A DNA stretch of 64,000 bases from Emiliania huxleyi CCMP1516 (GCF_000372725.1 NW_005201259.1:97015-161014); one strand, 5' to 3'; positions 47,065-62,151 are shown, counted from the first letter of the stretch. Notes: generated by a model not told the origin, from the letters alone. Made by a program: numbers and translations.

Positions 47065-48478
47065 CCAAACCGCCGGGAAGGCAGTGACTCAAAGAAGTCG
47101 AGCCGCGCTAATGGGGTGTCTCCGAGCTTACTGGAGCTCTGATGGACAGCCCTGACTATCCCTGACACACACAGAGAGTCACTCTGACGGCACACAACAC
47201 CCTATGACTGCGTCATGACCAGCAGCCTGCCATGTGTCGCCGGTGCCGCTTTCGTCGCTGTGCTTCTTTAGCAGGCGGTGGACTGTCGGCTGCGAGGACG
47301 GTCGCATTTGCGCGAGGCGAGGCGAGCATTGCTGCGCGTTGCATGCGCCATGACTCGCGCCAGCGCGTGCGGGAGCTCCTGGCTGAGCGTTGAGTCCAGG
47401 CGAGTTGCGCTGGCCACTATCACTACGCCGAGCCGAGCTGACGCGCCGAGGCGCCGGCCAGCCGCAGCCGTGAGGCATGCCACAGCAGCAGAGGCACCTG
47501 CCACCCATTGAGCGGGCAGACAGAAGGCCAGGGCAGCACCAGGGCGACCAGATTCGACGACGAGCGGACGATAGTACCGCCTCTGTTCGCCCTGTGCATG
47601 TCAGGCCAGGCTGCAGCAGGGCACTACCATCGTGCTGCCCTGCTGCAGCCTGACCTTGCCCACTGTGCACAGTCGCCAGAGCACCACCACCGCCCGGCAT
47701 CGTGTCACGGCGAGCTCCTTCTGCGCCCGCTCGCGAGGCTCTCGCGCTGGCACACTTTGGCCATCTGCTGCTCGCGTTCGGCGAGCTCTTCTCCGCACTC
47801 CTGCCACGGTGCCGTCACCACACACCTTCTGGCCGGCCTTTGAGCCGCGCGGACTCGCCGGCGGGGGCAACGTGTCGACCTCTCTCTCTGGTGCACCACG
47901 GGCCGCGACGGCTGCTAGCAGCAGGCGCGAGGAGGCAGTGTGCCGGCACAGTCGAGCCGGAGCATCGGGTTCTTGATGCTTGTGGGATCAAGTCTGACCT
48001 TATGTGGCATAATATGCAACAATAATGCGATGCTATCTCCCGGCTTTTTGAGATATGATCCCTCAAAGTCGAATTATGGTTTACTGGTGACCATAGTAGT
48101 GTCTGGCTTGTTTGCGTTTCTTCAAACGAATCGTTTAAAGTCTCAACAATCACTAAGCTGCTTATGGGGCACCGCAGAGGCTCCCTTGGGGATGTCTGAG
48201 GCCACCCCAACCACTCACCAAGCGGCCTTTCGTGGGCGTATTCAAAGCTACTTTTATGGTTTATTCCCACACACAAGACACATTTGCGAGTATCGACGAG
48301 TTCGAGAGAGCCACAGGCTTTCGCTTGGGAGGGATTGAGCGCGCTTGGGACGGACTTCAGGTTGCACCTGAAAATCTGACGGTTCTCGCTCCCCATCGAG
48401 CTCTTCTTGCCGCACGGCCGCTCTTCCTGATCCTGTGTGCCGGCACAGAAGCTCCGTGTAAGCCATCCAACCTCCAAC

Positions 48479-48881
48479 GTGATAGGAACGAGTGTATCGC
48501 TTTGACGGATCGACCGTGCTTGTAGCTTGTTATCCACATCGATGTGACGCACACAGTGACACATCATAACGACACATGCTCTCCCACCCGCCGGGCCGCA
48601 AAACGCTCTCGACGAGAGCCACAAGAAGGCGTCCGCACAGCAAGCCGCTCGTCCGGACAGCGTGCTCCCTCGTCGATGTCGGCGAGCGCATGGCGCACGC
48701 CTTGGACGGTGGCGAAGCCAAAACACCGATGTTGGCCGTACGCTGGCGTGAGCGGCGGCGGTCGAGACCTCACCCTTCGCGCCGACGACCTAACCTCACT
48801 CGGAACAACCTCACCCACACAACCCAACCCAACACACCCAACCTCCACCCAAAAAGCACGATTCTCTGAAGTTGGGCCCTC
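48479..48881. mobile_element. Half copy (core plus one arm) of the foldback element
   Basis: Ends gttgggccctc; core matches 4008-4098 and arm matches 18374-18667. Confidence 0.85.
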
Positions 48882-49083
48882 GCCTTCGCCTATTTTCGCC
48901 ATTTTCGCGTCGCTGCGTTTCTGGGGATAGGTAGTATCGGCAACGCCCCTATCCAGCAAGGAGCCGGAATCCAAGACAATTGCTTCCACGCGACTTTTAC
49001 GTTTCGCGGGCTAAAATCCGCCCCGCCTTGCACCGCCCTCGAAGTGACGCTCCGTCGTTGTTTTTGTGCGTCAGTGCGTCTCG

Positions 49084-50886
49084 ATGAATCGGGGCCGCGG
49101 CTGGATTGGGCTTCGCCTCACGACGGCGTGCGTGACTTTAGCCCTGCCGGCCAAGCGAGCGTCCCTAAGCAGCGACTATGAGCACGCCGAGCACCTGCTC
49201 CGCGCGGGCTTCGAGCGCAAGCCCCTGTCGCTGGCTGATTCGCAGGCGGGCGGAGACTGCCTGCAGCACACTCTCACCTCTGGCCAGCGCGATGCGGTGG
49301 CCGATCGGTCGTCCCACCTGGATTCAGCTACGTTTGCTCAGCTACGCACTTTCTCCATGTTCGTCGGCTACTCCAGCTCTGGCCACACTTTGGTGGGCGC
49401 TCTGCTCGATGCGCACCCCAACATCGTCATGGCGCACGAGCACGGTTCGCTGCGCGAGTACAGGTCGCTACGCGCAGCGAGTACAGGACGTCAGCTGACG
49501 TCCGGGGAGGGCGCCTCAAGGCGGACGGCTCTCTTCACCTCACTTGTGCGCAACTCGGTCACGTGCGCCGTCTACGGGCGTATGCAGTCGGGCTTCAACT
49601 ACTCGTTCGGCGGCGCGCTCCCATGGCAGGGCCGCTGGTGCGCTGCGAGCCAGACTGACGACCAAGGGGTGTGCGAGGGCCGCGGTCTACTGGCCATCGG
49701 CGACAAGAAGGGCGGCCAGACAGCTGAGGACCTCATGGCCCTCAACGGCACCGCGCAGGTACTTGCACGCACACACACGCACGCACGCCGCAGTAAGCTG
49801 CTAGAAGCTGCTGCTCGGCTGTGCACATGGATACATCACCTTCACCCCACACACTTGCTGCTGCAGATCTCTCTGCTGCTTGATATGGCGGCGGGGCTGC
49901 AGCTGCCCCTCCGGCTGTTGCACGTGTTGCGCAACCCGTTCGATATGATGGCGTTCGCTTGCTAGAGAGTTTGTCGTGGGCGGTGAAGAGCGTCTATTCA
50001 CGCCTCGGTCCGCAAGCAGGCGACGCGCTGGCTGGTGGAACGGTCGAGTGCGGACCTGCGCCCCGCGGGCGGTGCCGCCCCACCCACCGACCAATCGTGG
50101 CACGCGCTCACCGTGTGCGAGCTCGCCTACCTTAGCACAAAGGCGTGGTCCAGACTCTCGCTGCTCGCCAAGATCCTGCGGCTGCGCGCCAAGGTCGCCG
50201 AGCATGGCTGCACCTGTTCGGTGGAGGGGTCGAGTGGCCTCGCATGCGCGTGCGCCCGTGCAGGCGCATCCGCAGGCGCCGCCGCCGCGCCGGCCAGCCT
50301 CGCGCAGGCGGATGTTGGCTGGCTCGACCTGAGGACCGAGCTCTTCACAAGAGAGCCTCGCGTGCACCTGCGAGCGCTCTGCGCCTTCCTCGCGGTCCCC
50401 TGTCCCGAGAGCTTCCTCGCCTCCGCGACGGCGGTGGTGCGTCCCGCGCGCAGCGCGACGGCGGAGCTGCTGCGCTGGCCGCAGCAGTTGGTCGACGCAA
50501 TCACCGGGCGGTTACGAAAGATGACGAAAGATGACCCGTCGCTCCTTCCTTTGCTGGGAGGCTACATTGACGAGACTCCCTTCAGGTCCGGAGCCACAGG
50601 CTCGGGTGATCTCGCGCAGCTGTCAACGCACGTGCCGGAGATTGCGAGGATGCTGACCGATCGGTTCCGGTGCCAAGAAAACAAAGACGCGCACCGGAGG
50701 GCCCTGACCAAACTTGCGTGGTGGCGGGAGCCGGTAAACCGAACGGCGCGGGCAAAGGCGGACGCGATCGTCGCGGGGGCACAAGCTATCCACGACCTGC
50801 ATAGCCAGCGGCGGCGGGCCGCCGCCAAGGAGAGGCGGGAGCGAATAACGCCATGGCAACCACCAGGAAAGGGCCCGAGTCGCTAG
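49084..50886 (+). CDS. Sulfotransferase family protein (TPST-like / Sulfotransfer_3 type)
   Basis: FVGYSSSGHTLVGALLDAHPNIVMAHE, IGDKKGG, LHVLRNPFD, LRALCAFLAV; in-frame intron near 49759-49867; junction at 49950-50035 unresolved. Confidence 0.75.
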
Positions 50887-52589
50887 CAACATACCTCCCA
50901 CAACACTTCATTACCGGGGACCAATGCCTAGCCCCTGTGTGTCCGCCGCGTGTGGAGAGGAGCACCCCCCCCCCCCTGCGGACGGCGGACCCCCGCGTCG
51001 GCGTCGCCCCGCCGGGAGGGCCCGCCGACCCTCGAGGTGAGGTGTGAAAGAACAGGTCTGGGCCCGTGGCTCTCGCTCCCGCCTCGAGCCTCGTTTCGAG
51101 GAGGACCACTCGAGCGAGTAGTTGCCGCACGCCCAGGGGGCCGGGGAGGCTAAGAAGCGCACCGCAGCCTTGAGCCTAGACGCTAGACCGCAGCGGGCCG
51201 GACGATTGGGATCGGGCTACGAGCAAGAAAGCCCTGGCCCTAGGGGGGTGCGCGTTCGCAGGGAAGGGGCCATAGAGAGTAAACACGGGTCTCCGAGGGT
51301 CGTTGGCTCTACGCTTTGGGTCGTTCCCCTAGCCGCTAGCGGCGGAACGCCCCCTCTACACTCGGAGCTAATTAGACACCAGACGGAGACGCGAACACGA
51401 CGCACACACACTCTCACCCGACATCGCCGCTTAACACATCCTCGCTACCCAACGCGGCCAAAGGATTATCAGCTGGTCGGCCGCCATGTGGGCCTCCGGG
51501 CCTGCTACGGCGGCGCGGCCGGTTGAGGCCGGGCTCGGCCCGGCCCGCGACGGCTGGCCGCCGTCGAGCGCGCTCGCACTGCTCGTCCAAGATGGCGGCG
51601 GTGGCGATTGCGGCAACAAAAGTTCAGTCGTACAGCGCTCAGGCGTCTGGCATCTGTCGTCTGTTGTCGCATTTCGCACACGCGCGCGCCGCGCGACCCG
51701 CCCGTCGCTCCGCGAGGGCATGAGCCTTCCGCGATTCGATCCCGCAGCCAAAAGCTGCTCGCTCGAACCGCGGCCGACTCCGCCATCGCGGCCGCAGCTG
51801 TTGAGCTCTCCAGAAGACTGGTGCCTCATATGCTGCCTCCCTGCGGATGCTGCCGGCGAGCCTGGCGGTCCTCTGTACTACAAGGATGTGCTGACTCGAT
51901 TCTACCTCGAATTCTTCTACCCCCACGACTCGGAACGCGAATGTGACAGGACCATCGGGTCCTTCAGCCACCAAAGCGAGATCACCCGAGAGCAGCTGAG
52001 CCTGCCTCTGGCCTCGCCTCCCTCTCCTTCAGGCATTCGTTGGCATCCTATGGGTCGTCCAGAGTATCGACCTCTGGCTTGTCAGCCGCCCCACCGAGGG
52101 CACCATGAAGTACAGCGATCGCCACCTCGCTGGCCTCTCCGCAGGCCCCCCCGACCGCGTCAAACTCATGGGCGCGGGCTCTCTCGGCTACGGGACCGGC
52201 CCCAGCTTCGGCTGAGGGCTAACAAGCTGCGGAGCCCAAATCACTGTGAGAGTCGTGATTTCTTGTTGGTCTCCTAAAATCTCTCTCTCCCAAAGGATGT
52301 CCAAAGAAAGAAGAATTGTTAAAACACAAGCCTCTCTCACAGCACGCTGGCACGACAAGGGCGCGGACTGGCGCGGACTGGCACACCCACCGGCTCACCG
52401 AAAGAAGAAAACATGCCAGCAGGATGGGAGGCGGCACCTCGGTCCTCGCTCCACGCCGCCACCACACACACAGGGATTTCACGGGACAGAAGGTGTGTCG
52501 CAAGCCGTCGCCCGCCCAAAAAGAAAGAAAGAAAAGGACAACCCAAGGGAGGGATGGGAGGACGGCACGCCGCCACCACACAGGGAGGG

Positions 52590-52876
52590 ATTTTAAGGAG
52601 AGGGGTGTGGTGCGCTAGCCGTCGCCCACCCTTGGGCGTCCGCCTCTTCCTATCTCTCTTCGCAGTCTCTCTCCGATTCTCGCTTCAACCTTCGTGCCAC
52701 CTCGCGGTCGCCCCCTTCTCGTCGTGCTCTCCCTTGTCGCTTCTTCCTCTGTCGCGTCGCTCTCCTCTGCCTCGTTCTGCGCCGCCGCCGCCGCCTGCCG
52801 TTCCCTTGTTCTCTCGGCTTCTTTCGCCTTTCGGCGCAGCTCCGCCCTCCTTGCTGCATATCCTGGCCCCTCGAGT
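52590..52876 (-). mobile_element. Uninterrupted copy of the retroelement-like 3' remnant
   Basis: Aligns to 34435-35428 without the hAT-like insert; a single GGAAGAAG site at 52740-52747. Confidence 0.75.
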
Positions 52877-52904
52877 GCGCGCAAGTGCGGATCGTTTCTT
52901 TTGA

Positions 52905-54865
<1,961 letters not shown>

Positions 54866-56336
54866 TCGGGACACTCACACGCGCACGAAGCGGGGTCCGC
54901 GCCTGGCCGGATCGCCTTTCTCGTTGCTGGATCGATGTGGTGTCGGTCAGAGAGTTGTGAGGGGTTACGTCGAATAATAAGAGATGTATATGTGATGAGA
55001 AAACCCGGGCGCCGGGGTAAGCGCGCACGTTTTTTTAACCGCGCGCCGCCGGCCACAATGTGGCCGCCCGGCCCGCCGGCGCCGCCGCGGGCCCGCCGGC
55101 GCCGGGCCCGCGCGCCCCGCTCTCTCTCGCCTCCAGTGCCCAGAGCGCCCCCCTGCGCCCTGGCCCAGACCGGACGCACTGTGGCGAACGAGCCAGCAGA
55201 AAGTGGCAAAAACGGTACCAGCAGAATGGCGCGTTCTCGCCCCCTTTCCTGTACGCGTGGGTCTCAGAGGACGAATGCGCACCGGGCCTTCGAGGACATC
55301 AAAGTCGGCTGCGCCCTACGGCCATCCCGCCGGCTCTCGAGTGTCGCAGCGCGACGCGCTTCACCCCTCACTCCGCGCTGCGAGTCGATCTGGAGACGAC
55401 GCTCGGCCACCGCCAACTCCACCCTGACGCGTCGCACATGCGCCGAGTGTCCCCCCCGAGGGTGTCCTTGTATAGTATGCTTGGTTGCGAGTTAAAAAAA
55501 GCCCGTTCCGCACCCGCAGCCAGCACCAGTACACATGCCGTTCTGGTGCCCCTCGGCTGGCCAGAGGACGACTCACAATGCAAAATCGGAAAGACATCAC
55601 GAGGGGCCGTATAAACGGTGCCGCAGCGGCCCGGGACACTAACAGTGAATTGCTGCCACTCGCCCGGCCTCCTCCCCCTCGGGGTCGCCCGGAAAGTGGG
55701 CTTGCGCACCGGCGCCCCCCCCAGCACGCCGACCCGAGGTGTACCCTCCGGCCACCTGGGAGCGGAGTCCGATTTTGGCCCATTAGCTTCACCATGATGG
55801 ATACGGAGGTGGCCAGCCCTTGGTTGTGCACCTGCGGCGCGAAGAGGAGGTGATCTCGTCGGACGAAGGCCGTGCCGAGAGCGCGCGCAGCGCGGAAGAG
55901 GGTGCGCAGCGCGTCGCGGCCGCGCACTTGGGAGCCGAGGGGATGGCCGGAGGGGGCGGGACGCCTGCATGTCCTCGAAGCTCCCATCCGCATACGCAAG
56001 CCGAGCAGCGAACGGCGGCGAGAGAGTTTGGCAGGGTCAGCAAGGACCGCGCATGGCGAAGGACCCGATTTTGCTACTTTTGCTGTTTTTCGCTGCCCAT
56101 CGTGCGAGAGACCGCGGGCTAGACACGACGAGAGAGACCGCCCGCGAGACCGCGGCCGCGGCTCAGACCCGAGACCGCACGAGACCCCAGAGCCCAGACG
56201 GTTCCGCAGACGCATGCCCAGACGTGAGACGACTCCTTCTCTCGCGGCGTCTCGCCGCGCGTCGATAGTTTCTCTCCTCAACACACTCTGGCTATCTCTC
56301 TCACGTAGATCTGTGGAAGCTGTCGACTCACTACAC

Positions 56337-56392
56337 GACTCGCGCCCGCCCGTATTGCGTCAGGGACTCGCGCCCGCCCGTATTGCGTCAGG
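56337..56392. repeat. 28-bp perfect tandem duplication
   Basis: gactcgcgcccgcccgtattgcgtcagg twice. Confidence 0.9.
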
Positions 56393-56520
56393 AGCTATTA
56401 CCTCCCACCTCCGGCGCGAGATCGCACAACGCTCTCGAGATCGTACCTCGCCACGTCCCGCCACATCCCAGGCTGTCTCCGTCGCGCGCCTCGCACGGAC
56501 GAGGACGACAAAAGCCCTCG

Positions 56521-56923
56521 TCAGTCAGGGCTCAGGCACCGCCAGTACCGCCGCTGCACTGCCTTGGCCTCATCGATGCTCCGGCGGGCGGCGGCTGCCG
56601 CCGAGCCCTCATGTGCGCGGCGCCGCGCAGACGGCGTGCCCTTGTCGCCGCCCTGTCCGAACCCGTCCCGCGCCAAGCGCAGCCTTGCCGCCTGCCGCTC
56701 GGCGGCGCGAGCCTCCCGGCTGCTCTGAGCCTGCTCGGCGCCGGCAGACGCGGCCAGCTTCTTCAGCTCGCGCGCCGCGCGCTCACCAACGGGCGTCGCC
56801 GGCGCTTCCTTGGAGGGCGTGTCCCCTGCCGCCCGCGCCCGCCCGCCGCGCCTCGGCGCAACGGCCGAAGCGGGAGCCGCGACCGCGAAGGCGGCGGCGG
56901 CGGCGGCGGCGGCTTCAGCGGAA

Positions 56924-56955
<32 letters not shown>

Positions 56956-58089
56956 TTCAGCGGAAGCGGCGGCGGCGGCGGCATCGGCGGCGGCGGCATC
57001 GGCGGCCGCTGCGGCAGCAGCGGACGGCGTGGAGTCGAGACCGAGTAGCGCTGCCATTGTGGCGGCACCGCACGCGGCAGTGGCCGAGATGGAGTAGCCG
57101 CCCTCGAGTGCCACGACCAGCCGCCCCCCCGCGAGGCGCATCAGCCGGCGGGTGAGCGCGTGGTAGCCGGCCGGAGTGACGTGGCAGCCTCCAAGGGGGT
57201 CCCCCTCCGCCGCGTCGTACCCGGCCGCGACGATGACGAGGTCGGGGCTGAACTCGGTCGCGATCGGGAGTAGCAGCTCGTCCCACACGGCCAAGTACTC
57301 GGCGTCGCCCGGCCTGGAGGCGGAGCCGCGCGTGTTCCAGCCGACGTTGACGCTCGTGCCCTCGCCGACTCCCTTGCCCACGCCGCTCGGCGACATCTCG
57401 GCTGCATACTCCGCCCCCGCCACGTCCACGTCGGCGGGGAAGAAGGTTCCGCGCTCGAGCCGGTGGACGCTAAAGTACAGCACGGACGGGTCGGCCTCGA
57501 AGGCGCGCTGGATGCCGTTGCCGTGGTGGATGTCCCAGTCGACGACCAGAACGCGCCGCGCGCCCAGCGCCGCGCGAGCGTGCGCGGCCGCCGCGGCCAC
57601 CGAGTTAATGACGCAGAACCCCATCGCTCGGTGGCGCTCGGCGTGGTGGCCTGGCGGCCGCACGACGGCGAGCCCGTTGCGCGCACGCCCCGCCATCACC
57701 TCCTCGGTTAGCGCGAGCAGCGAGCCGCACGCGAGCCGCGCAGCGGTGAGTGAGCCGGCGCCGTTGAGGTAGAGCGAGTCCTGCTGTTCGCACCAGCGGC
57801 GGAGCTCGCTCGCCTCCAGCCGAACGACCTCCTCGAGACGTCGCCAATGCGAGCGCTCGTGCACCAGGCAAATCTCGTCCTCGGTCGCCAGCCGGGCGGG
57901 CACGCGCAGCGCCGCGCCAGCAAGCCCCTCGGCGCAGAGCTCCGCCCAGAGCGCGGTGGCGCGAGCGGGCTGCTCCGGGTGCGAGCCCCCAGGGTAGTGG
58001 TGGCCAGAGGAGCCCCCCTCCTCGTACACGAGCGCGCTGCGCGCCAGGTGTGCCGAAGACACCAAGGCAGCCGGGCCTGCCTCGGCCAT
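56521..58089 (-). CDS. Class II (HDAC6/10, Hda1-like) histone deacetylase, single catalytic domain, intronless
   Basis: HPEQPAR, RPPGHHA, AMGFC, VDWDIHHGNG, SVHR, AGYDAAEGDPLG, LEGGY (catalytic Tyr kept). The start could lie further upstream. Confidence 0.93.
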
Positions 58090-59400
58090 GCGCGGCGAGA
58101 TTGCAACCTCCACGCCGCCGCCAGCCGCAGCCGGCTTAATGACAACCCGCAGCGCCGCGCATGGCTCGTGGAGTGTCAGGCGATGGAGGGCGCGCTCGAG
58201 AGGGGCCTCGTCGCAAGGGGGGGGGGCGACGCTGCGCTGGCTCGAAGAGGTCCCGCGTTCAGCCAAATCGTGAGGACGCACGGTAGGCGTCGCGAGGCAG
58301 CAGCTTGCGGGCGGTGGCGGCGGGGGAGGAGCCGGTGCAAGGGCAGGGGAAGGGGGTGGCGGCGGAGTAACATTTATAGTCTGGCAGCCCTGGCAGCCCC
58401 GCGGCGACAGCGGGTTTCTCGCGGGGAGGGCCAGGTCCCTGTCACGAGGTGTTTTGGAGTGCTTGGTCCCGAGGTCCGCCTCGGGCGTCTCCGGCGTCGT
58501 CGATGCACCCAAGGGCACTCGCTCCAGAGGGCGTCGCGGAGTGGCGTCTGGGACCGCTCGCGCAGCGGCCCAGGGGTCCAAACGCATTCGAGCGAGGACA
58601 GGCGGAGGCGAGCGAGCGAGGAGCGCTGGCGTATTGGTGCTCTCGATTTGAAGACAAACGCGTTCTGACTAACTTACTCTCGAGGTTCTCGAGGTGGATA
58701 GGATTCCTATCCTTTGGCCGCGTTGGGTAGCGATGATTGGTGTAACTCGTCACGGCCAATCATCGTGACTTACAGGCACGGCGTATACCCTGGCCACCAT
58801 ATGCGGGCCGACGTATGCGCCGCGAGCACCTATTGCCCTATAGGCGAGCTCTAACCGGCGGGCTCCAGCGCAGCCACGAGCGAGGCCGAGCCGCAACTCG
58901 CGGCCTTCCGGCCTAGATGGAGGCGCGCTCAGCCTCACGCGGCGAGCGCCTCCATCATCTTCGCCTCATACGCAGAGTCCAGAGAGAGAGTGTCGTGAAC
59001 TTGTTGGTTCTCAAAAATCTCTCTCTCCCCCATACGCATCCTCGCTCGTCGGCTGCCCCAGCACGCACGCAGAGCACAGGAGCATATTAGACGTCTGGGG
59101 TTCCGCTGCTGCTGTGTGTGCGCTGTGCAGCAAAACCAACGTGACCTCCACCCGGCGAGCGGAGCCAGCCGCCAATGAAACAATCAGCGAGCCGCCAATA
59201 AAACAATGATCAATGTTGGTTGTGTGCATGGCGGCGGGGCCGCGGGGAGCACAGAGAGAGCGGAGAGCGGGTTGGAGAGCTCGGGGGGGGGGGGGGGGGC
59301 GGTGTGTGTGTGTGCATGGGCCATGGGCCATGCGCTCGGGCGGCATCTTTTCCGCGGATTTTCACTTTCGCAGGAGGCGATAAAGGCACCCCGCTGTGCC

Positions 59401-60474
59401 TCAATGACGACCGTGAGGCAAGTGCCGCGCCGCTACATGTTTGTTGCTAAAGTTTGCGCAGCCGAGCAGCGGCCGCCCCCATCGCAGCTCTGCCTTCTCC
59501 GCCGCCTTGGCAAGGCGCTTGAAGGCCATGGCGTACAGAGCACGGTCATCCGAGGTCAGGTTGTCAAGTAGCGCACGTTCGTTCTCTTGCAGTGCTAGTA
59601 GGCTCGGGGGCACGCTAGACGTGTTGTGGTCAATGACGGTCACGGTCGGCGGACCACGCGCGCAGTCGCACTGCACGATGGGCTGCGCGTGCATGGTTTG
59701 CAGGGCCACGCAGAGCGACACAGCGTAGTGTTCGGTGACGCCCACCGCGCGCGCTCTCCTGACAACATCGGCCGCGACGTCGAATCGTGCGGGCGAGTGC
59801 CATCGCGCGTCGAGCTGCACACCTCGCTTCTTCGGCCTGCCCTTGATGTCACGACTGTACCAGAGATCGAGGTTGTGCCCTGGCGAGCAGCTCTCGCTGG
59901 ACAGGCAAGCGGCTGCCGGGTTCACTGGGATGAAAGAGCACGCGTCGAGCAGCGGCTGGACGTCTGCCAGTGTGGCTCGCTCTCCCGAAGCAACGAACTG
60001 CCACCCACGCAGCCAGCGCGCAAGAGGCATCATTTCTGGTGCGGTGCTCTGCCTCAGCTTTGCGCGCCCCTCAAAACGTTTCGTGGCACAGTGCTTGAAC
60101 ATGCTCACTACCATCGCCGCCGGCTCTCGCAGTAGCAACACAACCTGCTCGCCACTCCGAAGAGCCCCCTCCAAATATTCGAGGCTGGCGATCTCGTAAT
60201 AAAAGCTGGAGTCGCTCGCTAGCACGGGCGAGGGCTGCGTAGCGTCCCAAGCGACGAGGTCGCGCCGAAAAGAGGAGCTGCCTGTCTTTGGCAGCCGCAC
60301 GTATGCGTACGAGAGGTTAGTGACTCGGGGCCCCTCACCAGCGGTGTCGCCATGCGCGTGCGCCGTCGAGGGGCGGGCATTGCTGTGCTGCTTCCTTCGG
60401 AAGGCCCGGTAAGCGCGCGAGGCGTTGACGTTTAGGAGCGCAGGGAGAGAGGACTTCGTCGACACAGCGTGCAT
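59401..60474 (-). CDS. Sulfotransferase family protein (Sulfotransfer_2-like)
   Basis: 5'-PSB-like RLPKTGSSS, 3'-PB-like LLLREPAAMVVSMF, VGVTEHY, DRALY. True start uncertain because a repeat abuts it. Confidence 0.7.
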   Translation of the reverse strand: MHAVSTKSSLPALLNVNASRAYRAFRRKQHSNARPSTAHAHGDTAGEGPRVTNLSYAYVRLPKTGSSSFRRDLVAWDATQPSPVLASDSSFYYEIASLEYLEGALRSGEQVVLLLREPAAMVVSMFKHCATKRFEGRAKLRQSTAPEMMPLARWLRGWQFVASGERATLADVQPLLDACSFIPVNPAAACLSSESCSPGHNLDLWYSRDIKGRPKKRGVQLDARWHSPARFDVAADVVRRARAVGVTEHYAVSLCVALQTMHAQPIVQCDCARGPPTVTVIDHNTSSVPPSLLALQENERALLDNLTSDDRALYAMAFKRLAKAAEKAELRWGRPLLGCANFSNKHVAARHLPHGRH

Positions 60475-60501
60475 GTGTGCACATTGCTCGCCCGTTTTAT
60501 A

Positions 60502-60568
60502 TCGTTCAACGTAGAAACTTGTTTCTTTAGTGTAACCCACTCCTAACATTAATTCTTCGCGTATACAG
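60502..60568. repeat. 67-bp direct repeat, copy 1
   Basis: Matches 62032-62098 with 2 mismatches. Confidence 0.95.
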
Positions 60569-60660
60569 ACAGGCCCAGCTGGAGGTGGCAGGGCATCCCA
60601 CTCACGAATGTCCCTAATTAATCCAGAGCTTGCAAATCAGTGGTCAGTCCACGACTTTCG

Positions 60661-61989
60661 ATGTCCTCCTCCTCGGCCGTCGCGCTGATCCCCAAGCCGA
60701 GGGGCGGCGTCCCAAGGGGCCACGAGTGGGACGGTGTGCGCGGCGCGTACGTCCACAAAGAGACGGGAGCTGTGCACGTCAAAGGCACGCGCTCTGCTGC
60801 TTCGGCAGCGCAGCAAAAGGAGCGCAAGGATGAACGCGACCGCAGCGACAGGCCGCAGGCGAGCGGCTCGCAGAAGCGCAACCAGGCTCAGGCCGAGGCC
60901 AGGAAAGCGGATGCCAACCGCCGCCGCCAGGTGGTCAGCCAGCACCGCAAGGCAGTACGCGAGAAGGCGCGCCCGCGGCTTGGCGAGAGCTTCGCCTCGA
61001 TCCGCCAGCGTGAGGAGCAGCGGCTGCTCGGCAAGCGCTTTCTCTTCGAGCCCCAGCGCGTGCGCGTGTGCGAGGGAGCGCTCGCTGGGCAGTGCGGCAC
61101 CGTGCTGGATCGCGCCCAGCTGTGCTTCCAGGAGACTGCGCGCCGCGTCACGAGCCTGGAGCTCGACGCCTCGGGCCGTGTCGCGATCACCGAGCCGCGG
61201 CACCACCACCAGATATTGCTCGACGGGAGCGAGGATGAGGAGCCGGTGCTGCTCTCGCCGTACGCCGTAGAGCCGTGGCCAGGCGTCGGGCAGCTCGTGG
61301 ACATGCACCACGGCTCAAACTTGGAGAACGAGCCGGATCGAGCCATGAACCACTTGGGCACCGTCGTCGCCTTTCATCCGTGGCAGCATTGGGGCCTCGA
61401 GGGCGAGAGCTTCTACCTCGTCAAGCGGCAGACCTTCGCGCTGCCGGAGCATGTCGAGGCGATGGCGGGCGGCGACGTGTGCATCGGCTCGTGGGTGCGG
61501 CTGCTGCCCCCGCATCCAGATGCGCATCACACGCTGCAAGATCGCCCCCCGGGTTCCTCCATGGTGCGGGGCAAGCACGAGCCCGGGGAGTTTGCAGCGC
61601 GGCGCATGCTGGATCGCCTTCAGCTGCAGGAGCCTGCAGAGCTGACGACGACGCACGCGCACAAGCTTCTGGAGGTCTTGCCCAATACGCTGGCCGAGGA
61701 GGCCTACTTACCGCTGCTCGACGTGCACGTGGTGCGGGACCGATGCGCGGCGTGCAGGGACTGCTTGGTGCTCGAGACCACGTTCTTGCTTGCCTACGAC
61801 ACCGACTTTGAGCCGCTCGATAGCAACGACATGCAAAATCCATGCCGCTCCCACTGCCCGTCAGACCATGCTTTCATGTGCGAGTGCGCGCGCCAGTGCT
61901 GCTCACATTGGGAGTGCAAGTACAGATGCCGCGACTGTATGGGTAGTGACAGCGACTGTGACAGCGAGTCGGGCGAGGAGAGTGCGTAG
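60661..61989 (+). CDS. Hypothetical protein with a PRG..P.G..WD...G motif, charged helix, KOW-like motif and Cys/His-rich C-terminus
   Basis: Intronless ~442-aa ORF; paralog at 63452; RVRVCEGALAGQCGTV; CRSHC...CECARQCCSHWECKYRCRDC. Confidence 0.7.
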   Translation: MSSSSAVALIPKPRGGVPRGHEWDGVRGAYVHKETGAVHVKGTRSAASAAQQKERKDERDRSDRPQASGSQKRNQAQAEARKADANRRRQVVSQHRKAVREKARPRLGESFASIRQREEQRLLGKRFLFEPQRVRVCEGALAGQCGTVLDRAQLCFQETARRVTSLELDASGRVAITEPRHHHQILLDGSEDEEPVLLSPYAVEPWPGVGQLVDMHHGSNLENEPDRAMNHLGTVVAFHPWQHWGLEGESFYLVKRQTFALPEHVEAMAGGDVCIGSWVRLLPPHPDAHHTLQDRPPGSSMVRGKHEPGEFAARRMLDRLQLQEPAELTTTHAHKLLEVLPNTLAEEAYLPLLDVHVVRDRCAACRDCLVLETTFLLAYDTDFEPLDSNDMQNPCRSHCPSDHAFMCECARQCCSHWECKYRCRDCMGSDSDCDSESGEESA

Positions 61990-62031
61990 GAGAGAACTAC
62001 TGCTCTGTGTGTGTCTTTACAAATTACTACG

Positions 62032-62151
62032 TCGTTCAACGTAGAAACTTGTTTCTGTAGTGTAACCCACTCCTAACATTAATTCTTCGCGTGTACAGGC
62101 TGACCCAGGCTGCTCTGCCCACCCACCCACCCACCCACCATTACGTTGAAC
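62032..62151. repeat. 67-bp direct repeat copy 2, within a small element bounded by GTTCAACGTA inverted repeats
   Basis: gttcaacgta at 62034-62043 and tacgttgaac at 62142-62151, with internal (CCCA)n. Confidence 0.8.

Noticed and set aside
47980..48480. Lower-GC patch as a foreign gene
   Set aside because: No recognisable protein in the frames examined.
51720..52277. Possible hypothetical gene
   Set aside because: No motif support, and it lies among repeat remnants.
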